Below are positions 36,933-47,336 of a stretch of 48,370 nucleotides of DNA, piece by piece (the first letter of the stretch is position 1; the number at the start of each line of letters is the position of its first letter). The notes below the pieces were generated by a model, which made no database searches, was not told the origin of the DNA, and saw nothing but the letters and a program-made list of their open reading frames with translations. The DNA comes from an uncultured virus (IMG/VR IMGVR_UViG_3300005239_000257). Lineage: Duplodnaviria > Heunggongvirae > Uroviricota > Caudoviricetes > Crassvirales. The stretch lies in the IMG/VR virus record IMGVR_UViG_3300005239_000257. The stretch is one strand, 5' to 3'. Made by a program: the position numbers and the translations under genes.

Positions 36933-37715
36933 ATGACAACAACTACAAGTAAACAAAAAAGCTCTAGTTTTCAAGCTGAAAAAGACTGGGAATATAAAGA
37001 TAGAACTTATATTCTAGCTGGTAATCATTCTCCAGTAACATACACAATACAAACTAGACATACACCTAGAAAACCATTATTATGGTTTGATGAAGGTTTA
37101 AAAATAAATAGAGAATTAAGATTAGCAAGTAATCAAAAATCTGTATTTGCAGACGAACAAGAAGGTTATTCAACATTAACACATGTTATTTTTCAAGACG
37201 GTGTTTTAAATGTTCCAAGATCTGAAGTTAGTATGCAAAAAATGCTTTCAATATATCATCCTTTAAAAAGTAATTTATGGATTGAAGCAGATGCTACAAA
37301 AGAAGCAGAAGATGAAATTGATACTCTTGAATTTGAATTAGAAGCATTAAACTTAGTTCAATCTTTAGACATAGAACATTTAGAAGCTATAATGCGTACT
37401 GAATTAGGTAGCGGAGTAAGCTCAATGTCGTCTAGAGAATTAAAAAGAGATGCTTATAGATTTGCTAAATCTCAACCAGCTTTGTTTATTGAAATATCTC
37501 AAGACGAAGATATTAAATTAAGAAACTTAGCTAATAGAGCTGTAGAGGCTGGTATTATAATGTTGACAGATGATAATACTGTATTTAAGTTTGCTAATGG
37601 CAAAAAAATACTTACAGTACCTTTTGATCAACATCCATATAGTGCTTTATCTCAATACTTCAAAACAGATGAAGGTATTGATTTAATGAAGTCTTTGACT
37701 AAAAAGCTTTCATAG
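36933..37715 (+). CDS. hypothetical protein downstream of capsid
   Basis: 260-aa ORF with typical codon usage. Confidence 0.8.
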   Translation: MTTTTSKQKSSSFQAEKDWEYKDRTYILAGNHSPVTYTIQTRHTPRKPLLWFDEGLKINRELRLASNQKSVFADEQEGYSTLTHVIFQDGVLNVPRSEVSMQKMLSIYHPLKSNLWIEADATKEAEDEIDTLEFELEALNLVQSLDIEHLEAIMRTELGSGVSSMSSRELKRDAYRFAKSQPALFIEISQDEDIKLRNLANRAVEAGIIMLTDDNTVFKFANGKKILTVPFDQHPYSALSQYFKTDEGIDLMKSLTKKLS

Positions 37716-37721
37716 CTTACC

Positions 37722-37752
37722 TGATATAGAGTGAGAAATCAACTCTATATCA
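37722..37752. promoter_or_regulatory. intergenic stem-loop
   Basis: TGATATAGAGT-GA-GAAA-TC-A-ACTCTATATCA: 11-bp perfect stem with GNRA loop; no U tract. Confidence 0.65.
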
Positions 37753-37777
37753 ACTAAATTAACATAAAAATAAATTA

Positions 37778-38494
37778 ATGGTAAATATAAATAATGTATA
37801 CCAAACTGTACTTGTTATAAGTAACAAAGACAATAGAGGTTATATAACGCCTGAAGAATTTAATAGACTAGCTGAACAAGTGCAAAATGAAATTTTTGCA
37901 TCTTATTTTCCAAAAGCTTCTGCCTATGAAAGTAATTCATTCGTGCAGAGTGATTTTTCAGATCCTACTTTATATTTATCGGAAAAAGTTAATTTGTTTT
38001 ATAAAAAAGCAAGTTTAACAAAACTTAACGGCGTTTTTTCATTGCCTAGTGATTTATATAGATTAGGAGTTGTTTCTGTAAATGATGTGGTTGCAGATCA
38101 ATCTTCTCATGATGAGATTAAGTATATAAACTTATCTCCATTAACGGCTCCTGTTTCTACACAACCAGTATACACTTTGATGGGTGATTCAGTTGAATTA
38201 TACCCTAGCACTGTTAGCACTGGTGTTAAACTTGAATATTTAAAAAAACCAATACGACCAAAATGGGGTTACGTACTTAATGGTACAATACCTTATTATG
38301 ATCCAACTGCTTTTGATCCAGCTACTGATAGTTATGATGTAGTAGCTAAATCTTATAACTTTGATTTACATCCTTCTGAAGAAAATAATTTAGTTGTTAA
38401 TATATTAAATTACGCAGGAGTAGTTATAAAACAGGCTGATGTAGCAGGATTTGCACAAGGTAAAGAACAACAAAACGCAGTAACTGAACAATAA
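37778..38494 (+). CDS. head-tail connector / ring protein
   Basis: NKDNRGYITPEEFN, LPSDLYRLG, YLKKP..PKWGY motifs; position between capsid and tail genes. Confidence 0.65.
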   Translation: MVNINNVYQTVLVISNKDNRGYITPEEFNRLAEQVQNEIFASYFPKASAYESNSFVQSDFSDPTLYLSEKVNLFYKKASLTKLNGVFSLPSDLYRLGVVSVNDVVADQSSHDEIKYINLSPLTAPVSTQPVYTLMGDSVELYPSTVSTGVKLEYLKKPIRPKWGYVLNGTIPYYDPTAFDPATDSYDVVAKSYNFDLHPSEENNLVVNILNYAGVVIKQADVAGFAQGKEQQNAVTEQ

Positions 38495-39417
38495 TGGCAA
38501 TATCAAGAAGACCTTTAGACGTAGACAATTATTCAGCATTAGATGGTGGAAATGGTTTAGCTATACCCGGATATTATAGGAGAACAAATCTTAATGATAT
38601 AATAAGCAATTTTATGGTTGCTTATGTAGGAGATGGAAAAGCTTTAACTAAAGTGCCTCGATATGAAGTTGCTTTTTGGGCGCAACGTGCTGTTCAAGAA
38701 TTTAGCTATGATGTATTTCATTCAGAAAGCTCTATTGAAATACAATTAAATTCCATGTTACAAATGTCGTTACCATCAGATTATGTTAACTACATAAAAC
38801 TTTGTTATACAGATAACATGGGAGTTCAAAGAACTATATTACCTAGCAGTGTAACTCATGCTAATAAAGGACTTGCTCAAGATGATAATTATTTTTATCT
38901 TTATGATAATGAAGGAAATGCTTTATATGCAGAAACATCTGATACATTAGAAAGATATCAAGAAGCAAATAAGACCGCTGAAAAACAACAAGCTTTAGAT
39001 TATTATAATGGTTATTTTTTCGATGATAATTTTGGGTATTTTGGTGCTAGATATGGTTTAACTCCTGAGTTTCAAAACACAAATGGTTCTTTTGTTTTAG
39101 ATTTAAGCGCTGGACAAATATATTTTGATTCTTCTTTTACTCAAGATACAATAATAACTCTTTATTACATATCAGACGGTTTAGGGGAAAACGGAAACTT
39201 TGATAACGTTTTAGTACCTAAGTTATCAGAAGATGCTATATATGCACAGATGTTATACAATTTAAGCAAGCTAAGACCAGCAGCAGCGGGAGGCGTGGCT
39301 CTTTATAAAAAAGAAGCTTATGCTAAAATGCAAAACGCTAAAATAAGAATAGCAAACATGAAAGTATCTGAAATGACAAATATATTTCGTAATAAAGCTA
39401 AATGGATTAAACACTAA
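38494..39417 (+). CDS. tail ring / structural protein
   Basis: LPSDYVNYIK, YISDGL, VPKLSEDAIY motifs; paralog-like to preceding gene. Confidence 0.65.
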   Translation: MAISRRPLDVDNYSALDGGNGLAIPGYYRRTNLNDIISNFMVAYVGDGKALTKVPRYEVAFWAQRAVQEFSYDVFHSESSIEIQLNSMLQMSLPSDYVNYIKLCYTDNMGVQRTILPSSVTHANKGLAQDDNYFYLYDNEGNALYAETSDTLERYQEANKTAEKQQALDYYNGYFFDDNFGYFGARYGLTPEFQNTNGSFVLDLSAGQIYFDSSFTQDTIITLYYISDGLGENGNFDNVLVPKLSEDAIYAQMLYNLSKLRPAAAGGVALYKKEAYAKMQNAKIRIANMKVSEMTNIFRNKAKWIKH

Positions 39418-39426
39418 TAATTTTCT

Positions 39427-42400
39427 ATGCCAGAAATTAAAAGAACATTCAATGTCGGTAAAATGAACCGAGATCTGGATGATAGAATAGTACCTGCCGG
39501 TGAATATCGAGAAGGTTTTAATATTAATATCGGGCAATCAGAAAGCTCAGATGTTGGTGCAATAGAAAATTTATTAGGTAATGAATTAGTAGCACAAAGC
39601 GGACTTACTAATGGTAAATGTATAGGCCAAGTTAAAGACACTGGTAGTGAAAAAATATATTTTCTTGTTACGACAAATTCAATATACAATGAAACCAACT
39701 CAGGTGAGCATGGTTTATTTGAATACGATCAAAAAACAAAACAACTTACAGCTTTAATAGTTTCAACACAATTAAACTTACATCAAAACTTTCCTATAAC
39801 AGGTATAAATATAGTTGATGATTTATTATTTTGGACTGACAATAGAAATTGTCCTAGAAAAATAAACGTAGTTACAGCAAGAAACAACACATCTTATTAT
39901 ACATCAACTGGAAATATAGATAATTTAATATCTGTAGCTAAGTTTGCTCCGTATGAATCATCAACTCTTATTTCTACAACACGTGAATCTTCTATATCTT
40001 CTACTTTTATGGAAGATAAGCTTATTAGATTTTCATATAGATGGCAATTTGAAGATAATGAATACAGTACTTTAGCTCCATTTACACCTATAATTTTTTC
40101 AAGATTAAATGAAACTGACACAATAAGCAATAGCTTAGCTGAATTTGGTGAAATAGAAACTTTTGTAAATGCTATAAATCAAGTTCAACTACAGGTACCA
40201 ACTCCAACTGGATATGGTATAAACAGTGTTGAACTTATATACAAAGAGTCTAGTTCTGGAACTTTGTATGTTGTTGATGATCAAGAAGTTACTACAGAAC
40301 CTTTTGTAAACTTTACATATTCTTCAACAGATCCATTTAGAACTTTACCGCCTGATCAACTTACTAGAGTTTATGATGCTGTTCCTATAAAGGCCAAAGC
40401 ACAAGAAGTTGCTGGCGGTAGATTAGTTTATGGTAATTTTTTACAAAACTTTGATATACCTAATATTTCTTTTAGTGTTGCTAGAACAGGTGAAACATCT
40501 GCTAGAAATGATAATTTAACAAATCAATCGGTTAAATCAAGAAGAACTTATCAAGTTGGAATTGTTTTAGCAGATAAATTTGGCAGACAATCACCAGTTA
40601 TATTATCTAGTTCTGGTACTGATACTGTTTTTATAGATTCAAACACAGGAGATGCATCTTCAACAACAGCATTTAATGCGTTAAGAATTACTTTTACGGA
40701 CACAACGCAGATACCAACATGGGCTTATTCATATAAAGTTGTTGTAAAACAACGTGAACAAGAATACTACAATTGGATATCTACTGTTTCTGGAACTAAT
40801 ACTGTTAATCGTTTTGGTGATAGTATAAATAAAATACCTAGAGATCAAACAGCTGCAATACCTCCAAGTACTTCAGCAACAATATCTCCATGCGATGTAT
40901 CTGTTTATCCTAAATTTTTAAATGGAGCAAATGTATATACTCCAGAAGCTGGAGTTGTAAAACCTCAAGCTAATTTAACATCAGTACAATCAATAAATAA
41001 TCCTTCAGGTGAAGCTAACGTTACTACTTTAGATCAATCTGGAAGCGCGGTATCAGCTGGTTTATGTGTTTTTGAAACAGAACCTATTAGCTCTGAATTA
41101 GATATATTTTATGAAACATCTACAGGTGGTTTAGTTGCAGACATTCCAGCTACAGCTATTGATATAGAATTTTTTAATTGCATACTGCTTACATTTACAG
41201 CAGGATATCATGTTGAAATAAATAGAATTAGAGCTGGATTCAACGAACCTTTTTTTGATGTAGGTGTTAGAGCTTACGTAGTACAAGAAAATTTTACTCA
41301 AGAAAGAAGAAGTAACACTCTTATACATTCTAGCGGACTTTTAAATTCTAGAACTGGTATTAACTATATAAATCAATTCAATGAATCTGAAGGCGGTCTA
41401 ACGATCTCTCTTGATCCGTTAGATGGATCTGTGCAAAAGCTTTTTGTAGATGATACACAGGTAATAATATTTCAAGAAGATAAAGTATCTAGATCACCTA
41501 TTGATAAAAACTTTATATATTCAGCCGAAGGCGGCGCGGTACCTGTAACAAGCAATACACAGTTTTTAGGTACTATTGCAGCTTATCCAGGACAGTTTGG
41601 AATATCTAGTGATCCTGAATCTTTTGCTAATTTTGGTTTTTCAAGATATTTTACAGATAAAAACAGAGGTACAGTCCTTAGATTAACTCAAAACGGTATA
41701 GAAGAAATATCATTATTTGGTTTAGGAGATTTTTTTAGAGATTTATTAAAACAATCTACAAAAGTTGTTGGTTCTTACGATGAATATAGTCACTTATATG
41801 AATTGACTGTTACCGCTGAAGGTTTAGATAGTAATCCAGACACAAACGTAGCGACTGCTTCTCAAGGTTATATTACTATAACTTTTGATGACAGATCAAA
41901 TGGTTGGACAGGATTTAGAAGTTATAAACAAGAAGGTGGATTATCTTTAAATAATGATTATTATACTTTTAATGGTGGTGACATGTGGCAACATCATAGC
42001 AAAAACGTTACTAGAAACAATTTTTATAATTTAGGAACTCAAGAGTCTTACGTTATACCTGTTTTTAACGACAGTCCTTCTTTAGTTAAACAATTTAATT
42101 CTTTAAGCTACGAAGGTGATTCAGGTTGGGAATTAGAATATATAGAAACAGATTTAGGTAGCTCTGGTGTAATACCACTTCCTGCAACTTCTTTTACAAC
42201 TACATTACAGTTGTCTGGTGCTGCACCTAACTCTGTATTTAATGGAGCTAATACGGTTCAAGCTAAACAAGGTGACAATATACAGTGGGCTATTTTTGTT
42301 TCACCTTTAAACTCTCAATTTGCTTTTGATAATGTAAACAACGTAACGTTAACACAAGCTTCTGGAAGTAGTTTAAGTATAACAAACCCCGTTGGAACTG

Positions 42401-43473
42401 CTCCATTTGAATCTACAGATGGAAGATTAGTATTTTTAGTTCAACATATCGTTGGAAATACTAACAGTATACAAACTTTAAATATAGGTGGCACAGGTGC
42501 TGCTTTGGCATTTACTGTAGCTTTATTAACAGTTAACGTTATAGATACTGTTTCAAACTCTTCAATAGCTCCAGCTTCACAAGTGTTTAATAACGCTGGA
42601 GGTAATCAAGTTATATTTAGTACAGCAGCTGAAAGTAATTACTATATAGATCCTTCTAATATAACAATTAGTGTGCTTGGCATGCCAGCTTCTACTAATC
42701 CTGGAACTTTAACAAACGTAAGAAGTGGAGTTGGTCTTGATAATTTAACTTATACTTTACCAATAACAGTTCCTTCAACAGCAACAGCTGGAACAATAAC
42801 AGCGAATGGAGCAGCAACGTTAAAATACACGCTGCAGTTAAACCAAGGTAATATAACTACGCCAACTGGTGGAACTGTAATTTATAGTACTCCAGTACAG
42901 GCGGATGGTTCTACAACAAGCGTAGGTACAGCTTTTTATAATTCACCTTTTGACGTTGCAAGCACTAGAACAGCTGTTATAACATATACATGTGCAACAA
43001 CAGAAATTCTTGTAAGCAATAGTTATGTTTTATCTGGTTTTCCAACTGGAACTACTTCTACAGAAGTTTTAGGTAACGAAAGTGGTGAACTAGCAATAAC
43101 TAAAGTTATACCCGTGCTTACACAAAATACAGTTGTAACTCCAGTTGTAGATTCAACAGTAGGAGCAGCTACAGCAACTTTAGGTAGTACTGCTACAATA
43201 ACACTAAATCAAGCTGGAGATGTACAAACTATAGCTGGAACATGGAATGTTGACGGGTCTGCTTCACCAGGGGCATCTAGCTCTTGGTTACTTTTAGATT
43301 CTTCTTTTGGTGTTACTATACAGCTATCACCAGGAGTTTCTTTTACAGTTTCTGGTCAAGCTAATAATACTGGATCTATAAGATCTACTACAATTAATTT
43401 AGCAACAACAAACAGTAGAGTAACAGGTTCAGCAGTAGCACCAAAAACAATAATAGTAAATCAAGACGCGTAA
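39427..43473 (+). CDS. tail stabilisation (muzzle/nozzle-like) protein with Ig-like C-terminal extension
   Basis: MPEIKRTF..GKMNRDLDDR, LLFWTDNRN.PRKIN, GRLVYGNF, YFTDKNRGTVLRL beta-propeller-type motifs. Confidence 0.75.
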   Translation: MPEIKRTFNVGKMNRDLDDRIVPAGEYREGFNINIGQSESSDVGAIENLLGNELVAQSGLTNGKCIGQVKDTGSEKIYFLVTTNSIYNETNSGEHGLFEYDQKTKQLTALIVSTQLNLHQNFPITGINIVDDLLFWTDNRNCPRKINVVTARNNTSYYTSTGNIDNLISVAKFAPYESSTLISTTRESSISSTFMEDKLIRFSYRWQFEDNEYSTLAPFTPIIFSRLNETDTISNSLAEFGEIETFVNAINQVQLQVPTPTGYGINSVELIYKESSSGTLYVVDDQEVTTEPFVNFTYSSTDPFRTLPPDQLTRVYDAVPIKAKAQEVAGGRLVYGNFLQNFDIPNISFSVARTGETSARNDNLTNQSVKSRRTYQVGIVLADKFGRQSPVILSSSGTDTVFIDSNTGDASSTTAFNALRITFTDTTQIPTWAYSYKVVVKQREQEYYNWISTVSGTNTVNRFGDSINKIPRDQTAAIPPSTSATISPCDVSVYPKFLNGANVYTPEAGVVKPQANLTSVQSINNPSGEANVTTLDQSGSAVSAGLCVFETEPISSELDIFYETSTGGLVADIPATAIDIEFFNCILLTFTAGYHVEINRIRAGFNEPFFDVGVRAYVVQENFTQERRSNTLIHSSGLLNSRTGINYINQFNESEGGLTISLDPLDGSVQKLFVDDTQVIIFQEDKVSRSPIDKNFIYSAEGGAVPVTSNTQFLGTIAAYPGQFGISSDPESFANFGFSRYFTDKNRGTVLRLTQNGIEEISLFGLGDFFRDLLKQSTKVVGSYDEYSHLYELTVTAEGLDSNPDTNVATASQGYITITFDDRSNGWTGFRSYKQEGGLSLNNDYYTFNGGDMWQHHSKNVTRNNFYNLGTQESYVIPVFNDSPSLVKQFNSLSYEGDSGWELEYIETDLGSSGVIPLPATSFTTTLQLSGAAPNSVFNGANTVQAKQGDNIQWAIFVSPLNSQFAFDNVNNVTLTQASGSSLSITNPVGTAPFESTDGRLVFLVQHIVGNTNSIQTLNIGGTGAALAFTVALLTVNVIDTVSNSSIAPASQVFNNAGGNQVIFSTAAESNYYIDPSNITISVLGMPASTNPGTLTNVRSGVGLDNLTYTLPITVPSTATAGTITANGAATLKYTLQLNQGNITTPTGGTVIYSTPVQADGSTTSVGTAFYNSPFDVASTRTAVITYTCATTEILVSNSYVLSGFPTGTTSTEVLGNESGELAITKVIPVLTQNTVVTPVVDSTVGAATATLGSTATITLNQAGDVQTIAGTWNVDGSASPGASSSWLLLDSSFGVTIQLSPGVSFTVSGQANNTGSIRSTTINLATTNSRVTGSAVAPKTIIVNQDA

Positions 43474-43475
43474 AT

Positions 43476-43715
43476 ATGGCAGCAATAGTAACATTTCCTT
43501 TTCAAGAAAAAGAAGGCAAGTATTTTGCACCTATTAGTTCTTCAGAGCCAAACTACATTGTTGTAGGTGGAGTTTTAACACCAACTGACAATAAAATTGT
43601 ATCTGGAATTAAAGGTGCATTTGCTAAAATTAAATTAAACTTACCAATAGCTAACGCTGGTACTAAAAAAGAATTATTTGCTCTTAATTCAGAAGCGGTA
43701 TATTCTTCAGAATAA
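43476..43715 (+). CDS. small protein resembling a detached C-terminus of the tail stabilisation protein
   Basis: FQEKEGKYF...GIKG...KELFALNSE motifs; starts 2 nt after the previous stop. Confidence 0.55.
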   Translation: MAAIVTFPFQEKEGKYFAPISSSEPNYIVVGGVLTPTDNKIVSGIKGAFAKIKLNLPIANAGTKKELFALNSEAVYSSE

Positions 43716-43734
43716 ATAAATTAAATTATATTAT

Positions 43735-44187
43735 ATGAAATTACAAGTAAGAAAATTACAAGAGTCTGATTGGGATTTTTTACCTCAATGGTGGGAATCG
43801 CATGGTCAAATACCGTGGATCGATGATTGTGATTTTAGAGATTTTCTTCCTGGAGCTTTTCAAGTTGGAGAGTTTGATGAAAAAAGATCTGGCTTAGGTG
43901 GATTTATAGTCTGTAAAGACGAAGATCCTATTTGTGCAATGTGGCTTTCTTTAACAAACACTAATTGTGCATTACCTACTGCGGCTATATCTGATCCTGA
44001 ATATAAGGATGAAGATAGAAAAGAAGCAATACAATTATTAACTAATTTTGTAACTAATTTTGCTAAAGAATTAGGTTATAAATATACATTTGCCTGGGCG
44101 CAAGAAAACTATATGTTAGATTACTATTTAAAAGCTGGATATGAAAAGTTTCAAACTCCATCTTACGAACTAATAAAAAAATTATAA
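43735..44187 (+). CDS. putative GNAT-fold protein
   Basis: VRKLQESD start, FAKELGYKY...YYLKAGY pattern; position before ejection proteins as in podoviruses. Confidence 0.5.
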   Translation: MKLQVRKLQESDWDFLPQWWESHGQIPWIDDCDFRDFLPGAFQVGEFDEKRSGLGGFIVCKDEDPICAMWLSLTNTNCALPTAAISDPEYKDEDRKEAIQLLTNFVTNFAKELGYKYTFAWAQENYMLDYYLKAGYEKFQTPSYELIKKL

Positions 44188-45260
44188 TGGGAGGAAGAAG
44201 AGGAGAACGAAAAGACATAGCTAGAATAGCAGCGCAAGATAGAGGTGCTTCTAATAGAGACGTTAGAGACTCTCAAAACGCGTATGATGCAGATTTAGCT
44301 AATTTAAGAGGTAGAGAAATTGCAGACAATTATTCTGGATTAGAATTTTCAGGCGTTGGCCTTAATGATTTAGAAAGAAGAAGTGGAGAAACATTTGAAG
44401 GTCAAGCTGCTCAAATGAAAATTGCTGACTATGCTGAAAACGAACGCGCTAAAGCAGAAGGATACACTGGAGAAGGATTTACAGCTCAACAAACAAATGT
44501 TGGTAATCTTCAAAGAGGTGCAGCATCTGGATTAAGTAATGTATTTAATAATTTACAAGTTTCAACGGCTGGTGCAGAAATGGCAGCTCAAGAAGCAGAT
44601 CAATCATTGGCTGCGTCTCAAGATTTAATAGCACAAACAGGAGGAGGAGGTGCAACGGCTTTAGCCGCTGCTGCTGCTAAATCTAAAAGAGGTATTTCTG
44701 CTGATATAGATAAACAAGTTAAAGCCAATGAACAATTAAGAGCTCAAGGTGAACAATCGCTACAAAGAGATTTGCTTGCACAAGGTAACTTAGCTTCACA
44801 GTTTGATTTAGGACAAAGTCAATTTAATGTTGGTGCGCAAAATACTGCAGCACAATTTGGAGCTAGCGCAAGAAATCAAGCAAACCAATTTAGTGCAGGT
44901 GCTAGAAATCAAGCTAGTCAATTTAACGCAGGTCAAACAAACCAAAGAAATGCTGCAATGTTTACAGCACAAAACCAAGCTAATCAGTTTAACACTTCTC
45001 AATCTAATGCTGAACGTATGGCTGAGTTTGGAGCATTACAAAATGCTAATGCAGCAAACGCAAGTGCTACAAATAATGCTTTAGCTCAAAACGCTCAAAA
45101 TAAAACAAATTTTGATTTAAGTAAAGCAGCTGGAATGACAGCTGTAGATCAAGCAGAGTATGGTCAAGCTATGGATTTAATGAATTTATCAGCAGAACAA
45201 TTAAACAACGCTAATGCTTCTAATGATGCGTTACAACAGCTTCAAGCAGCTGGCAAATAA
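44187..45260 (+). CDS. putative internal virion / DNA ejection protein
   Basis: Ala/Gln/Asn-rich with 11-residue QF repeats. Confidence 0.65.
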   Translation: MGGRRGERKDIARIAAQDRGASNRDVRDSQNAYDADLANLRGREIADNYSGLEFSGVGLNDLERRSGETFEGQAAQMKIADYAENERAKAEGYTGEGFTAQQTNVGNLQRGAASGLSNVFNNLQVSTAGAEMAAQEADQSLAASQDLIAQTGGGGATALAAAAAKSKRGISADIDKQVKANEQLRAQGEQSLQRDLLAQGNLASQFDLGQSQFNVGAQNTAAQFGASARNQANQFSAGARNQASQFNAGQTNQRNAAMFTAQNQANQFNTSQSNAERMAEFGALQNANAANASATNNALAQNAQNKTNFDLSKAAGMTAVDQAEYGQAMDLMNLSAEQLNNANASNDALQQLQAAGK

Positions 45261-45291
45261 ATGGTTGAATTTAAATTAATAATAAATTAGT

Positions 45292-46455
45292 ATGGAATAC
45301 AATCCACAAGAAGCTCTTCAGAAAACAAGTCCTGAACAGCAAATTATTAGAGCCGCAAGAAACGTTGAGTATGATAGAAAGTTTAAAAAATCAGCTGAAG
45401 ATAGATTAAACCAAGAAAATCCTACACCACAAGGTGTTTTTAAAGTTCAAAGTCAAGCTGTAGCTAGAGAAATAGTTGGTAAAGCAAATGATTTAGTAAA
45501 TAAAAAAGGCAAAGGTGAAATTAGTAATGCTGATTTTGCTGCTCAAATGGCTATGGTTAATCAAATGGTTGGCAATTTAAGCAATTTTACTAAAACAACT
45601 GAAGATAATTTAGCTTTATATAATGATATGTTAAAGAATGGTACTTTATCATATGGTATGGATCAGCACGAAGAATCTGTTTTACAAGCTATTGATAGAG
45701 GAGATGTTAAACTAGCTTTAGACAAAGAAGGTAGAGTTAAAATGGAAGGCGTTGGTAAACATCCAACAAAAGGCAAATTTGATATAAACATATATGATTT
45801 TATTAATATACCTAAACCATTTAGAAAAATAAAACCAATAAATCTTTTAGTAGATCCTTTTGTAAAAAATTTAGGTTTAGATGAAAATGGTATGCCAAGG
45901 GCTAGAACTAATGAAAATGGTCAATTAGTTTATGATTCAGGTGATTTTGCTGAACACGATAAAGAAGTTTTAGATTTTACATTAGATGCTTTAGAAAATG
46001 TAGGACCAGAAGGAGTTAGATCTTTTTTAGGAGATCATTTAAATATACCTAACGAACAAATAAAAGGTTTAGCAGAAGACGTAAACTTTGTTGATGAAAA
46101 TGGAGTTGAATTTGAGGATGCAGCGCAAGCAGAAGCATTTAAAAATTTAAATGGTTACATGGGTAATAAATATACCCGCCAGGTTAGACCACATCCAGAT
46201 ACTATAGCAAGTCAAGCTTCACAATCAGCAGCTAACATAGCAGCTAATAAACAAGTATCATTACCTGTTCAAGAGCAAGTTCAAGCACAAGAAACAGAAG
46301 TAATGGAAACACCGCAAGGTGTTGTAGCTGAAACGGAAACTGAAGATGTAACTATGCCAAACGTAGCTGAAACAATGTTTGATGTTTCTGCAGAATCTTC
46401 GCCTGTAAAAATGAAAGAACTTTCTGCTGCTGATTTAATTAAAAAATATTCTTAA
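45292..46455 (+). CDS. putative internal virion protein
   Basis: 387-aa ORF in ejection-protein position. Confidence 0.6.
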   Translation: MEYNPQEALQKTSPEQQIIRAARNVEYDRKFKKSAEDRLNQENPTPQGVFKVQSQAVAREIVGKANDLVNKKGKGEISNADFAAQMAMVNQMVGNLSNFTKTTEDNLALYNDMLKNGTLSYGMDQHEESVLQAIDRGDVKLALDKEGRVKMEGVGKHPTKGKFDINIYDFINIPKPFRKIKPINLLVDPFVKNLGLDENGMPRARTNENGQLVYDSGDFAEHDKEVLDFTLDALENVGPEGVRSFLGDHLNIPNEQIKGLAEDVNFVDENGVEFEDAAQAEAFKNLNGYMGNKYTRQVRPHPDTIASQASQSAANIAANKQVSLPVQEQVQAQETEVMETPQGVVAETETEDVTMPNVAETMFDVSAESSPVKMKELSAADLIKKYS

Positions 46456-47286
46456 TGAGTTTAGAAACAATTGTAAGTAAAATGATAGCGGCTAATGAGC
46501 CAGAATCTAATATTGCAAAAGTTATAAAATATCATAAAAAAGATAACAGTAAAATAAACTGTGAAAAATGCGATCATAGCTGGAAAGTGTCTGAAGGAGG
46601 AAATGATTTATATATGTGCCATGAATGTGGTCATAACAATAACAAAAGTCCATTAAAAGCAGTTGGAACTTGTCCTGATGGATCAGAGCCTGATGAATTT
46701 GGAAAATGTAATGAAGAAAAAGTTACTAACGAGCAAACTTTACAAGAAAATATAACAGAAGAAAAAATTCCTGAAAACCCTGTTTTGACTGAAAAGAAAA
46801 AAAGGTTTAAAAAAGGTAAATTTTTGATGTCTGAAAAAGATCAAGCTAAAGAATTTTCTGAAACAGGAACTGTAACTCCAACTAAAAAAGAAAGTGAAGA
46901 CTATACTCAAAAACTTTTTGAAGAAAGTGAAGAAGGTAAAAGATTAAAATTAAACTCAGACAATTATTTTAAAGACAAAGATTCTTTTTTAATATCAGGA
47001 GGTAAGCCTGGAGAAAAAAATATAGATAAATTTGGTCAACAATCATTAAACGATTTAGTTTCTAATGATGAAACTATAAAAAAAATAGTTAATGATGCTC
47101 AAAACGATCCTAATAATTTAAACTTAGTAAATAAAAAATCTGAAGAACTTAAGACTAAATATGATATAAAAAATTCTTTTAACAATATTTATACAAAAGT
47201 TCAAAAAGAAAATGAATCTGCTATAAATAATTTTGCTGCTGAAACGTATAAAAAAGTAGGTTTAGGTAATTTAATAGATGGTACAC
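46455..47286 (+). CDS. N-terminal fragment of a large putative internal virion protein with zinc-ribbon motif
   Basis: CEKC...CHEC motif, SPLKA, Lys/Glu-rich; truncated by gap. Confidence 0.65.
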
Positions 47287-47336
47287 NNNNNNNNNNNNNN
47301 NNNNNNNNNNNNNNNNNNNNNNNNNNNNNNNNNNNN
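47287..47336. other. assembly gap (N run), probable scaffold mis-join
   Basis: 50 Ns joining unrelated protein types. Confidence 0.95.
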
